NCBI GenBank assembly: GCA_036741755.1
Contig: DAINRP010000001.1
Coordinates: forward strand, 1 to 47,924
DNA: 47,924 nt
Source: Gemmatimonadales bacterium
GTDB lineage: Bacteria > Gemmatimonadota > Gemmatimonadetes > Gemmatimonadales > GWC2-71-9
Direction: 5' to 3'
The position numbers and the translations under genes were made by a program. The notes under the pieces were generated by a model that was not told the origin of the DNA, did no database searches, and saw nothing but the letters and a program-made list of their open reading frames with translations. This document shows positions 18,046 to 27,599 of the stretch, piece by piece. Position 1 is the stretch's first letter; each line of letters opens with the position of its first letter.

Positions 18046-18195
18046 TCAGTTCTTGCCGCGAAGCCAGAATCGGAGTGCGAGCGCTACCGCGAGCACCGCC
18101 ATAGCGGCCCAGACGAGCGGCTGGCTGTCGAGCCCGATGCCGGCGGCTGCGAGAAGAAAGCCGAGGACGGCAAGAAAGAGCTTGAGGCGTCTCAT
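18046..18195 (-). CDS. 49-aa small membrane protein with two predicted TM helices; below the track length cutoff
   Basis: My translation is MRRLKLFLAVLGFLLAAAGIGLDSQPLVWAAMAVLAVALALRFWLRGKN*. The ATG (18195..18193) overlaps the crotonase TGA (18194..18192) as ATGA. GC3 is high, like neighbouring genes. Confidence 0.55.
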   Translation of the reverse strand: MRRLKLFLAVLGFLLAAAGIGLDSQPLVWAAMAVLAVALALRFWLRGKN

Positions 18196-18944
18196 TTCTT
18201 GAGGAAGGCGGAGATGGCCGTCCGGAATTCGGGGTGGGCGCGGGCCAGGGCGTTGACCCGCGCGCCGAGCGCGATGCCTTCGCTGAAGCTTTGACCATCA
18301 AGTTCGTAGAGCAGCCGCTTGGTCAGCGCGAGCGCCGATGCACTGCTGTACGCGAGGCCGGCGATGACCGCTGCCGCCGCAGACTCGAAGACCGTCTCCG
18401 GAATGACGCGTGAAACCAGTCCGTGCTCCAGGGCCTCTTCCGCAGTGAGCAGCCGTCCGGTCGCGACGAGATCGAAGGCCCGGCGCTCTCCGACAAGGCG
18501 GCGGAGCATTGTCATGACCATCGCCGGCACGAAGCCGCGCTGGATTTCCGGATAGCCGAACTGGGCGGTCTCGCAGGCGAGCACCAGGTCGCATCCGGTG
18601 GCGAGCCCCGCCCCCCCTGCGAGCGCGCGCCCCTGCACGAGGGCAACCACCGGCTTGGGCAGTTCCCGCATCCGAACGAAGAGCCTGCCGAGCCGGAGAG
18701 CTGCCCGTTCGTTGTCCTCCATTGTGCGCAGGGCGGAATCGAGCAGTTCCTCGAGGTCCGCGCCGGCGCAGAAGTCCCTGCCCGCTCCCCGCACCACGAC
18801 CACCCGTACCGCGGCATCGAGATCGGCGCGATCGAGCGCCTGATGCAGCGCCTCAATCAGTGCCGAGTCGAGCGCGTTTCGCTTCTCGGGGCGGTTCAGG
18901 GTGAGCGTGAGCACACCCTCGGTGAGCGCGGTGAGGAGAGTCAT
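18192..18944 (-). CDS. Enoyl-CoA hydratase/isomerase (crotonase) family protein
   Basis: Track ORF trimmed to MTLLTALTEGVLTLTLNRPEKRNALD. Contains VVVVRGAGRDFCAGADLEE and LVQGRALAGGAGLATGCDLVLA...FGYPEIQRGFVPA. Confidence 0.9.
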   Translation of the reverse strand: MTLLTALTEGVLTLTLNRPEKRNALDSALIEALHQALDRADLDAAVRVVVVRGAGRDFCAGADLEELLDSALRTMEDNERAALRLGRLFVRMRELPKPVVALVQGRALAGGAGLATGCDLVLACETAQFGYPEIQRGFVPAMVMTMLRRLVGERRAFDLVATGRLLTAEEALEHGLVSRVIPETVFESAAAAVIAGLAYSSASALALTKRLLYELDGQSFSEGIALGARVNALARAHPEFRTAISAFLKK

Positions 18945-18945
18945 C

Positions 18946-19335
18946 TCAGCTCCTGGGCGCGAGCCGGCGAGCGAGGGCGACCGGTACGGGGATCTCCATG
19001 CGCAGGAGCGCGGTCGAGTAGACCTTCCCCTGCGCGTCGGTCTTGAGCGAGATAGTGCCGCCGCCATCGAGGGCGCCATGCAGGAGGAAATTCAGCGCCT
19101 TCAGATTAGGGAGTTCGAAACGCTCGACCCCTTTGACCATGCCCTTGAAGTGACGCGTGACCCGCGCGAGCGTCACCTCCTTGACCAGCAGCGGATAGTA
19201 CTCCGGCTCCAGCGCCACGAGCCCCACGTTCGCGGTGTCGCCCTTGTCCCCTGACCGGGCGTGAGCAAGGTAGCGGAGTTGCAGGAGGCGGGTCGCCGGA
19301 GCCGCGCCGCCCCGACTCTTCCGTGCATCAGGCAT
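18946..19335 (-). CDS. Small AtuA-associated protein (DUF4387-like)
   Basis: 129 aa. [22 protein letters not shown]...[21 protein letters not shown] matches my memory of the short partner protein usually encoded next to, or fused with, DUF1446/AtuA. It overlaps the AtuA-like gene by 8 nt. Confidence 0.6.
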   Translation of the reverse strand: MPDARKSRGGAAPATRLLQLRYLAHARSGDKGDTANVGLVALEPEYYPLLVKEVTLARVTRHFKGMVKGVERFELPNLKALNFLLHGALDGGGTISLKTDAQGKVYSTALLRMEIPVPVALARRLAPRS

Positions 19336-20704
19336 CGAGCACCTCCACCTGCACGAACGGCTCGATCTCGGTCCGATCGATCAGCGCCGGCCAGTACGCC
19401 ACCACCTCCTGCACCTCGGGACGCCCACCGGCGAAGCCGGTCACGCTCGGCGGCCCGGTCAGCACCAGCGGGGCGATCTCGCGGGTGAAGCGCTCCACGG
19501 CGGCCTTGTCCTTCGAGCGGACACCGACGCGGAGCTGCACCTCGGGGGCCTCCGGATCCGCCGGGCCGGCCAGCGGCCCGTGGGTCGAATCCACGCCCAC
19601 GAACTCGGTGAGGATCTGCTCGAACTCGAGGCCGAGGTCCTTGAGGCGGGCACGGAGGATCCGGTCGGCGGCCTTCGCCTTCTCGTAGGCTTCGGGCCAG
19701 CTGTAGACGAGGGTGCCGACCGCCTTGTAGCCGTAGAAATAGGCGATCGAGACCTTGAGCTTGTCGGTCTTCTCGCGCCCGCGGATGCCGCTGACCCTCA
19801 CGCGGTCCTTGCCCGCCTGGGCGAGCTGGATCGAGGTGAAGTCGGCGACCCCGTCGGGCGTGATGTAGGTGTGCGGATCGCCCATCTCGTAGACCAGTTG
19901 TTCGGTCACGCTCGCGACGTTCACGACGCCACCGGTGTTAGGGTGCTTGGTCACGATGAACGTGCCATCGGCGCTCGCCTCGGCGATCGGGAACCCGGGA
20001 TTCTCGAGTCCTTTGACCTTGCGCCAGTTCTTGAGCAGGTTGCCGCCGCTCGACTGGGCGCCGCACTCGATGATGTGCCCCGCCACGGTACCCGCGGCAA
20101 CCTTGTCCCAGTCATTCACGTCCCAGCCGAACTCGTGGAACAGCGGCCCGAGGGTGAGACCGGTATCGGTCACCCGGCCGGTAATGACTACCTGGGCGCC
20201 GCGCCGCAGCGCCTCCACCATCGGGGCCATGCCGAGATAGGCATTCGCCGACAGCACTTTGTCCCGCACATCGGTGAGCAGGCGTCCGGTGTCGAGATCG
20301 CGCAGCTCGTGCCCCTTGGCCAGCAGCTCATCGAGCCTCGGCAGGATGTCATCACCACTCACGAGGCCGATCTTCACCTTGGCCGACAGGCCCAGCTTGC
20401 GGGCGACTTCGCGGACCGCCTCCGCGCAGGCCCGGGGATTCACCCCGCCGGCATTGCTGGTGACCTTGATGCCCTTCGCGGCGATGTCGGGGAGGATGCG
20501 CTCCATGAGGGGCACGAAGTCGCGCGCGTAGCCGTAGCGAGGGTCCCGCGACTTCTGCTTCTGCATGATGGACATGGTCACCTCGGCGAGGTAGTCCATC
20601 ATGAGGTAGTCGATCGGGCCGCCCTTCACCTGACGGACGGGCGCTTCGAGCCAGTCGCCCCAGAATCCCTGGCCGGCGGCGACGCGGACAGTTTTCGCGG
20701 TCAT
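19328..20704 (-). CDS. AtuA-family (DUF1446, acyclic terpene utilisation) protein
   Basis: Track ORF trimmed to [47 protein letters not shown] (ATG at 20704, ATGA overlap with the S8 peptidase stop). This is the typical DUF1446 N-terminus, and the length is 458 aa. Confidence 0.75.
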   Translation of the reverse strand: MTAKTVRVAAGQGFWGDWLEAPVRQVKGGPIDYLMMDYLAEVTMSIMQKQKSRDPRYGYARDFVPLMERILPDIAAKGIKVTSNAGGVNPRACAEAVREVARKLGLSAKVKIGLVSGDDILPRLDELLAKGHELRDLDTGRLLTDVRDKVLSANAYLGMAPMVEALRRGAQVVITGRVTDTGLTLGPLFHEFGWDVNDWDKVAAGTVAGHIIECGAQSSGGNLLKNWRKVKGLENPGFPIAEASADGTFIVTKHPNTGGVVNVASVTEQLVYEMGDPHTYITPDGVADFTSIQLAQAGKDRVRVSGIRGREKTDKLKVSIAYFYGYKAVGTLVYSWPEAYEKAKAADRILRARLKDLGLEFEQILTEFVGVDSTHGPLAGPADPEAPEVQLRVGVRSKDKAAVERFTREIAPLVLTGPPSVTGFAGGRPEVQEVVAYWPALIDRTEIEPFVQVEVLDA

Positions 20705-23526
20705 TGAGTACTCGTGGTTGTCGGTGCCGGGAGCGGCACCTCTCGGGTCCAGGTGCGATCCTGCTCCGGCACGACAACGATGCCCAGCGGCACGAAGCCT
20801 TCGCCGATAGGCAGCCCCGGTGGCTCCATCGGAACGTGCAGCGTGGAGGAAGCCCCAGGGGCCACGGTGACGCGGCTCCCCGCGAGCCGCGAGACATGGG
20901 CGGAATCGGCATAGAGCCGGACCGACACGGTCGCCGACCACCGCTGCGCTGCGGAGGGCTCAGCGAGCCCCGGGAAGAGTTCCAGATCGACGTCCCCGCC
21001 CCCGCGTTTGGGCAGGTCCACGTGCAGCCGTCCAAAGGCGTAATTCAGCGGGGACTTGCCCAGCTGGCGGCCGTCGCCGTCGAACAGCGTCACGCCGAAA
21101 TCGGTAAAGATCGGCCATTGCGCGCGATCCATGCTCACGTCCACGGCGGCGTGAACCGCCCAGTCAGGCAGGCTGAACCGCACGTGACGGGCGTCCCCGC
21201 CAGTCCCGGCAACCGTCACGCTCCGCTCGGCGCCGACCAGGACGACGAAGGGATCGCTGGTGACCGGTGCGGCGCTGACATTGCCGAGCGTGACGGCAAC
21301 GTCGTGGGCCTGCCGCGTCGCCGCGATGGTCACCGGGCTGTGCTCGACGATGATCACCGCGGTGGCGCCATCGAGCGGCGGTGCCACTGCGACGGCCTCG
21401 TAGAATCCGGGAACGACATCCCGCCCGTCCACCATGTAGAGTCCCGCCTCGTCACCATACCCTGCCCCGATGCCGTTCTCCTCCCGGTATGGCTGTCCGC
21501 CCGGCTCGTGCAGGTAGGCTACCACCTGCTCACCGGCGGTGAGGGTGGCGAAGGCGACCGCGAAGGGGCGCGCGGCGGAGGCCTGGAAGAACACCCGGCC
21601 CTCGTTGCCAGCAGGCAGGCGACCGAGGTCGGCCACGACGGTCTCGCCGGTGTCGGCGACCGCAATGCTGTTCACCAGCCGGAAGGCCGGCCCGGCGATG
21701 GTATCGGCGGTCCAGCCGGTGACGATGGCCGTGTGCAGGCCCGGAGTCGCGATCGAATCGGCGGCGTAGCTCATCGTGAGCGTGTTGGTGCCGGCGTTCA
21801 GCCGCGCCTCACGAGGGGCATGCAGCCAGGCGGCGGAGGAGCGCAGGGTCACCGCCGTTTCGGGACTGCCGGCTGGCAGTACCAGCCGGAAGGCCTGCAC
21901 CGTGTCCCCTGCTGTGCCGACGAGCCGGTGGCGAAACGCGGCGGTCACGCCGTTGCCGGCCGCGCGCACCGCGATGTCAGGCAGCGGGTGAACTCCGGCG
22001 AGCCACCGCCACGCGGCCCCGACATCCGGCTGTCCGGTGCCGTCATCCAGGTAGGTCCCCGCGGCCGTCGGACGGGCGGTGACCATCAGCGCCTGACGTA
22101 CCTGCCGCGCATCGACAGTCCGCTTCTCCTGCGCGAGCCCGCTGACCAGCAGCGCGGCGAGACCGGCGGCATGCGGCGACGCCATGCTGGTGCCGGCCTT
22201 CCGCTCGTCGCCGACGTTCCAGCGGGGCACCGTCGAGAACGCGAGCCCGGGCGCGACGATGTCCGGCTTGGAGAGCTCCCCGCCCCGCGATGAGAAGTAG
22301 GCGACCGGGTCTCCGCCCTGTCCGCTGGCGCCGATGAAGACCCCGGGAAAGGTCGCCCCGACCGTGAGGGCGCGGGTGGCCGAGCCGGGGTAGCCCATGG
22401 TGGAGAGCCCGGGGCCATCGTTGCCGGCGCTGATAGCCATGATCACATCCGGGTGCGCCGCCAGCACCGAGTCGAGCGTCCGGTCGATCCGGGCCAGCCC
22501 TTCGCCCTCGTTGCCGACGCCGAAGCTCAGGTTGAGGACCAGCGGCAGCCGCCGCTCCTGTGCGAAGCGGATCGCGTAGCCGATGGCCGCGACCATGCTG
22601 CCGGAGGTCGAGATCCCCCCCTGGGCGTTGTTCGCGATCTTGAGACCGAGGAGCGAGGCGCCCGGCGCCACGCCATTGAAGCCGGCGACACCGTAGATAT
22701 CGTGCCCCGAGGCGATCCCGGCCACGTGCGATCCGTGGGCGCTGGTGTCGAAGTAGAGATCGAGGTGCGGCTGGCCCTTCTCGTCCCGCAGATTCACCGC
22801 GAGTGCAACATTCGGCGGCCGGGCGCCGGTGTGCCACCCGAAGGTCTCCTTCGAGGCCAGGTAGTCGTGCACCGGCCGCTCGTTCGCAAGCGAGCCGTCG
22901 CCATCGGTGTCGGCAAACAGGACCCAGCCATCGCTCGCCCGGGCAACGAGGACCGCCAGGGTGTCGGTATCATCCCGGTCGCCGTTCAGGTCCGCGGCAG
23001 GCAGCTCGCCGAGGGGGATCTCGGCGATGCTGCCGCCGTACAGCGTCCCACCCGCCGCCAGCGCCCGCACGCGGGAAATGCCGCGGAGCACCTTTCCCCC
23101 GATCGTGACCTGGTCACCCACCGGCACCACCGATGTGAGCGGGACCACGCCTTCGCCGGAGAAATCCCGCAGGTCGAGAATCTTCCGCTCGCCGGCGGTG
23201 GTGGTGGTCAGGCCCGGAATCGACGGATCAATGCCGCTGTCCAGAATGCCGATGAGCACCCCGCGGCCGTCATAGGTCGGGTGGGCCTTGAGGAAGTCCT
23301 CGACGCCGGTGGCACGGAGCGGCATCCAGCCCCGCGCGAATGCCTCCTGTGGGGAGATCACCGGCTTCGGGTCGGCCGTCGCCTCCTGCGCGCCCGGGGC
23401 GGCGGCGTCTCGGCTCGGGACGGCAGGAGGCACAACGGGGGGCCGCGCGTGGCTGCAGGCGACGAGGAAACCGGCAAGCAAAGCCAGGGCACAGTACGGG
23501 ACCCCGACGAACCTGGGCGACATCAT
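20701..23526 (-). CDS. S8 subtilase, tripeptidyl-peptidase-II-like, lipoprotein (about 941 aa)
   Basis: Start trimmed to [24 protein letters not shown] (lipobox). Catalytic triad: Asp in [12 protein letters not shown], His in [13 protein letters not shown], Ser in [16 protein letters not shown]. About 175 aa separate Asp from His, against about 30 in classical subtilisins. The C-terminal region is about 480 aa. Confidence 0.85.
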   Translation of the reverse strand: MMSPRFVGVPYCALALLAGFLVACSHARPPVVPPAVPSRDAAAPGAQEATADPKPVISPQEAFARGWMPLRATGVEDFLKAHPTYDGRGVLIGILDSGIDPSIPGLTTTTAGERKILDLRDFSGEGVVPLTSVVPVGDQVTIGGKVLRGISRVRALAAGGTLYGGSIAEIPLGELPAADLNGDRDDTDTLAVLVARASDGWVLFADTDGDGSLANERPVHDYLASKETFGWHTGARPPNVALAVNLRDEKGQPHLDLYFDTSAHGSHVAGIASGHDIYGVAGFNGVAPGASLLGLKIANNAQGGISTSGSMVAAIGYAIRFAQERRLPLVLNLSFGVGNEGEGLARIDRTLDSVLAAHPDVIMAISAGNDGPGLSTMGYPGSATRALTVGATFPGVFIGASGQGGDPVAYFSSRGGELSKPDIVAPGLAFSTVPRWNVGDERKAGTSMASPHAAGLAALLVSGLAQEKRTVDARQVRQALMVTARPTAAGTYLDDGTGQPDVGAAWRWLAGVHPLPDIAVRAAGNGVTAAFRHRLVGTAGDTVQAFRLVLPAGSPETAVTLRSSAAWLHAPREARLNAGTNTLTMSYAADSIATPGLHTAIVTGWTADTIAGPAFRLVNSIAVADTGETVVADLGRLPAGNEGRVFFQASAARPFAVAFATLTAGEQVVAYLHEPGGQPYREENGIGAGYGDEAGLYMVDGRDVVPGFYEAVAVAPPLDGATAVIIVEHSPVTIAATRQAHDVAVTLGNVSAAPVTSDPFVVLVGAERSVTVAGTGGDARHVRFSLPDWAVHAAVDVSMDRAQWPIFTDFGVTLFDGDGRQLGKSPLNYAFGRLHVDLPKRGGGDVDLELFPGLAEPSAAQRWSATVSVRLYADSAHVSRLAGSRVTVAPGASSTLHVPMEPPGLPIGEGFVPLGIVVVPEQDRTWTREVPLPAPTTTSTQ

Positions 23527-23539
23527 GCGAGGGGTCCGT

Positions 23540-25171
23540 TCACCCGATCGGCGGAAGGACGAAGGGCCCGATGTGCGGGCCCGCAAAGTTGCTGGTCACC
23601 CGCAGCAGGAATGCCAGCTGGTCCCGGGTTTCCTCAACGGTGACCAGTGCATCGACATGACCGCGGGCCGCGGCATTTTTGGCGTCGAGCTGGTGCTCGT
23701 AGTCCGCGCGCATGGCGGCGGCGGCCGTCTGCACCTCCGGCGTCGGCGGACGCTTCTCCGCTCGGGCGCGAGCCAGCTCGACGCCATGCACAGCCTCCAC
23801 CGCCGACTCTCCCTCCATGACCGCCATCCGACCGGTGGGCCAGCTCAGGATGAAGTCCGGATCGAACCCCTGCCCCGCCATCGCGTAATAGCCCGCGCCG
23901 GACGCGTGATTCAGCGTCAGCACGATCTTCGGTACCACGGCAGTGGACATCGCTTCCACGAAGCGGGCTCCCGCGCGGATGATGCCCGACTGCTCGGCCT
24001 CGGTCCCCACCATGAATCCGCTGACGTCCTGCAGGAAGAGCAGCGGAATCCGTTCCCGGCTGGCGGTCTCGATGAAGTACGCGGCCTTCTCGGCGCTCTC
24101 GGTGTAGATGATGCCGCCAATCCGCGGCATCTGCCCGGCCTTGCCCTTGATGACGGTCCGGGCGTTGGCGAGAATCGCGACCGGCTGCCCTTCGATGCGG
24201 GCATGCCCGCACAGCAGCTCCTTCGCGAAGTCGGGCTGAAACTCGTCGAGCCGGCCGTCATCGAGCAGACACGCCAGCAGGGCGTGCATGTCGTAGGAGA
24301 GCCGGTGATCGGCGGGGAGGATGTCGTACAGATCGGTGACCGGACGGCTGGGCGGGCGCGGGGGCTCCACCCGGTGCTGCACCTGCTGCATCCGCGGCAG
24401 GCGGGCGATGTAGCCGCGCACCATCGTCACGCATTCCCGATCAGTCGCGGCGCGATAATGTGCGACCGCGGACTGGGAGGTGTGCATCGCCGCGCCCCCG
24501 AGGGACTCGGCGTCCACCACCTGCCCCGTCGCGCCCTTCACCAGATTGGGGCCACCGAGCCCCATGAAGCTGGTCCCGTCGACCATGAAGATCACGTCGG
24601 AGAGCGCGGGCAGATACGCCCCTCCCGCGATGCAGCTCCCCATGACGGCGCTGACCTGCGGCACGAAGAGGTAGCGTCGCATGATCGAGTTGTAGTAGAA
24701 GATCCGCGCGGCGCCGTACTGTCCTGGAAAGACGCCGCCCTGATAGGGGAGGTTCACGCCGGCCGAATCGACCAGGTAGATGATCGGGATCCGCTGCCGC
24801 ATCGCGACTTCCTGGGCGCGCAGGATCTTGGTGATCGTCTCCGGCCACCAGGAGCCGGCCTTCACGGTGGCGTCGTTCGCGACGATGACGACTTCGCGGC
24901 CTTCGACAATACCCAGGCCGGTGATCACGCCCGCCCCGGGCGCCTGACCCTCGTACTGGTCGTAGGCCACGAGCAGGCCCAGCTCCAGCCACGGCGCGCC
25001 GGGATCGAGCAGCGCCTGGACCCGCTCCCGCGGGGCAAGCTGCCCCTTCTCGTGCATCTTCGCGACGCGCTTGGCGCCGCCGCCCTCGCGCAGCTTCGCG
25101 GCGAGGGCGAGGTATTCGTCGGTGAGCGTACGCAGGCGCGGCGGGCGCGAGGTCACGGGCTTGGTGGTCAA
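23540..25171 (-). CDS. Acyl-CoA carboxylase/decarboxylase carboxyltransferase subunit (MccB/AtuC/GcdA-like clade)
   Basis: 543 aa. VIVANDATVKAGSWWPETITKILRAQEVAMRQRIPIIYLVDSAGVNLP and VMGSCIAGGAYLPALSD carry the ANDATVK motif of the MccB/AtuC/GcdA type, rather than the DFTVxGGS motif of PccB. Confidence 0.85.
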   Translation of the reverse strand: MTTKPVTSRPPRLRTLTDEYLALAAKLREGGGAKRVAKMHEKGQLAPRERVQALLDPGAPWLELGLLVAYDQYEGQAPGAGVITGLGIVEGREVVIVANDATVKAGSWWPETITKILRAQEVAMRQRIPIIYLVDSAGVNLPYQGGVFPGQYGAARIFYYNSIMRRYLFVPQVSAVMGSCIAGGAYLPALSDVIFMVDGTSFMGLGGPNLVKGATGQVVDAESLGGAAMHTSQSAVAHYRAATDRECVTMVRGYIARLPRMQQVQHRVEPPRPPSRPVTDLYDILPADHRLSYDMHALLACLLDDGRLDEFQPDFAKELLCGHARIEGQPVAILANARTVIKGKAGQMPRIGGIIYTESAEKAAYFIETASRERIPLLFLQDVSGFMVGTEAEQSGIIRAGARFVEAMSTAVVPKIVLTLNHASGAGYYAMAGQGFDPDFILSWPTGRMAVMEGESAVEAVHGVELARARAEKRPPTPEVQTAAAAMRADYEHQLDAKNAAARGHVDALVTVEETRDQLAFLLRVTSNFAGPHIGPFVLPPIG

Positions 25172-25203
25172 GTGAGGATCACGGTGTACACGAGGGATCG
25201 GGA

Positions 25204-25638
25204 TCAGCCCTGGAGATGTTCGCCGGCCCAGACCTCGATGTACTGGATCAGGTCCGACGTCGGCGTGCCCGGGCCGAAGAGCCTGCCCACGCCGAGCTGC
25301 TCGAGCGCTTCCATGTCCTCCTTCGGAATGATGCCCCCGCCAGTGAGCAGGATGTCCGGGCGGCCCGCTTCGGTGAGCAGGGTCCGTACCCGGGGAAAGA
25401 GCGTCATGTGGGCGCCGGAGAGAATCGAGAGGCCGACCACGTCGACGTCCTCCTGGACGGCGGCCGTCGCGATCATCTCCGGGGTCTGGTGCAACCCGGT
25501 GTAGATCACTTCCATGCCGGCGTCGCGCAGCGCGGCGGCCACCACCTTGGCGCCACGGTCATGCCCGTCCAGCCCGGGCTTGGCCACGAGCACGCGGATG
25601 GGACGAGCGAGCGGCTTCCTGTCGAGTGCGGCAACCAT
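25204..25638 (-). CDS. Acyl-CoA mutase small subunit (cobalamin-binding domain)
   Basis: 144 aa. [41 protein letters not shown] has the DxHxxG B12-binding motif, and SILSGAH...GGGIIP is also present. Confidence 0.92.
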   Translation of the reverse strand: MVAALDRKPLARPIRVLVAKPGLDGHDRGAKVVAAALRDAGMEVIYTGLHQTPEMIATAAVQEDVDVVGLSILSGAHMTLFPRVRTLLTEAGRPDILLTGGGIIPKEDMEALEQLGVGRLFGPGTPTSDLIQYIEVWAGEHLQG

Positions 25639-25664
25639 GGGAGTCCGGCGGTCAGAGGGTTGTT

Positions 25665-26372
25665 TTAGGTGCGTGCCGAGGCGGCCGTCAGGCTGCCCGT
25701 CGGCGCCAGGACCATTTCGACGACGTCGGCGAGGCTCGCGGCGATCGGGACGTCGCGTCCGGCGTGATTGCCCAGCGGATCGAGGAGCACCACGTCCATG
25801 CGGGCGCGCCGCGCCCCCACCACGTCGACTTCGTAGATGTCACCCACATAGATCGCCTCCTCGGGGGCGAGTGCCATGCGGCGCAGCGCCGCCTCGAAGA
25901 TCCGCGGGTCCGGCTTCTCGAAGCCGACCAGTTGCGAGTCGATCACCACTTCGAAATAGCCGCGGAGCCCTGCCGCCTCGAGTCCCTCCTCGGCGCGGCC
26001 GTCGCTGTTGGAGACGACCCCGAGGCGGTATCCGGCCGAACGGAGTCGGTCCAGCGCTTCGATGGTCCCGTCGAGCACACCACCCCAGAGATGCTTCTCG
26101 AGGTGCAGCGCGAGCAGGGTCTCGCGCACCACAGGCATCTGGCTCTCCGGCACACCGGCGAGCCGGAAGAGTGTTTCGAGATACCGCGAGGCCCGCTCCC
26201 GGTCCGTGGTATCCCCGCGTTCGAGCGACAGCGCCGCCGGTCGCGCCTGCAGCGCCAGCGACTCCGCAGTGAGCGGAACACCAGTCGCCTGGGCCACCGC
26301 CGGCGCGAGCCGGGGGTAATCCAGGAACAGGAGCGTGTTGCCGGCGTCGAAGAGAACCGCTTTTCGACTCAC
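25665..26372 (-). CDS. HAD-superfamily hydrolase, subfamily IA
   Basis: Track ORF 25665..26660 trimmed to the GTG at 26372 (GTGA overlap with the upstream stop). Four HAD motifs are present: motif [12 protein letters not shown] (D-x-G variant), motif II VVSNSD, motif [13 protein letters not shown], motif [15 protein letters not shown]. Confidence 0.8.
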   Translation of the reverse strand: MSRKAVLFDAGNTLLFLDYPRLAPAVAQATGVPLTAESLALQARPAALSLERGDTTDRERASRYLETLFRLAGVPESQMPVVRETLLALHLEKHLWGGVLDGTIEALDRLRSAGYRLGVVSNSDGRAEEGLEAAGLRGYFEVVIDSQLVGFEKPDPRIFEAALRRMALAPEEAIYVGDIYEVDVVGARRARMDVVLLDPLGNHAGRDVPIAASLADVVEMVLAPTGSLTAASART

Positions 26373-27520
26373 CGGAACCGGTACAATCCTGCGATCCCGT
26401 TGATCGCGGCCACCGCTTCCGGATCGTAGAGCACCTCCACCTCCACCCGCTGACGCAGCGCCTCTTCGATCGCGTCGTCGATCAGGTCCAGGACGGGATG
26501 CACGTCGCCGTCGTTGCGGAGATCGCGCTCCGCCACCGCCAGCCGGCCGGTCTTGCTTGAGCGGAAGCCGGGGCCCTGTGCGTCGGCGTCCACCAGCAGG
26601 GTGCGCACCTGCCCGCGACCGAGGGCGCGCAGCGTCGCGTCCGGACCGTCGGAGGCCCATCCGGCGCCGAGCGCGTCCTCGAGTCCATGCGCGATGGTCC
26701 GCTCCGACTCCCGCTCATACTCGGCGCGGGTAGCGAGTGTGGCCTCGTATACCACCGCGGCGGTGGTCTCCTTCGGATTCAAACTCACCACGCCCATCAG
26801 CCGCTCCGCCAGGTACGGGTGCAGGAACGCCGCCACGGCGCCGGCGTCGTTGCCGGGTCCCGCGAGGACGACACCATGCACCGGGCGTTTCCGGTGCAGC
26901 GCAAAGAGCCGCTCGGCGATCATGGCGTAGTGGCGCTGCTTCTCCTCGCGGATCCGGTTGTTGTACTGATGCTCCCCCTTGCCCGGTGAGTCGGCCCGGT
27001 CGCTGTGGAAGCGCCCGCCGCGGGTGGTCTCCGAGCGCAGGTCCTCGACCTCCTCGGCGCCGAACGCCGTGACTTCGAAGAACCGGGCGGCAGTGCGGTC
27101 AAGGACCACGGTGAGCAAGGTGCCGATCTCGTCCTCGACCGAGGCGAGCTCCCGCACCAGTGCCGTACGGTCGACGGCGAGGCGCGAGCGGTGCACGCTG
27201 GGGAGACCCACGAGTTCGAAGAGCTTGAGCGGGCCGCAGGCGAAGATGGCAAGTCCCTGGGTCGCGGGCAGACGGGCCGCATCCTTGAGCTGGTCCTGGA
27301 TCCGCTTGAGATCAGCGCTGACCTCCTCCCGCTGGTGCCGCGTGAGGCCGAGCCCCTCCAGGGCCCCTTCGACCTCACGGATGCGGTTCTTGAGCTTGAT
27401 GAGGTACTTGCCCCGGGAGCGGTCCCGGGGTTCGACCTTGAGATAGCAGGTCACGATGCGATGATCGTCGGTGCGCAGCTTGGTCAGCCGCGTGAGAAGC
27501 TTCTGGATGTCGTTTGCCAT
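26369..27520 (-). CDS. Bacterial eRF1/Pelota-fold (baeRF-type) protein with GGQ replaced by GGR
   Basis: 383 aa. LLTVVLDRTAARFFEVTAFG..VEDLRSETTRGGRFHSDRADSPGKGEHQYNNRIREEKQRHYAMIAERL aligns by eye with the eRF1 M-domain (FGFIVMDGNGALFG...[33 protein letters not shown]). The C-terminal [11 protein letters not shown] resembles the eRF1/Pelota C-terminal GIGGILRY. Confidence 0.7.
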   Translation of the reverse strand: MANDIQKLLTRLTKLRTDDHRIVTCYLKVEPRDRSRGKYLIKLKNRIREVEGALEGLGLTRHQREEVSADLKRIQDQLKDAARLPATQGLAIFACGPLKLFELVGLPSVHRSRLAVDRTALVRELASVEDEIGTLLTVVLDRTAARFFEVTAFGAEEVEDLRSETTRGGRFHSDRADSPGKGEHQYNNRIREEKQRHYAMIAERLFALHRKRPVHGVVLAGPGNDAGAVAAFLHPYLAERLMGVVSLNPKETTAAVVYEATLATRAEYERESERTIAHGLEDALGAGWASDGPDATLRALGRGQVRTLLVDADAQGPGFRSSKTGRLAVAERDLRNDGDVHPVLDLIDDAIEEALRQRVEVEVLYDPEAVAAINGIAGLYRFR

Positions 27521-27599
27521 GGGTCTTTCAGCCGCGATCGGACCGTCCTGACCGCCGGCAGGAGCGCCGCGGTTGAGGACCGACTGTTCGCGGATCCGA

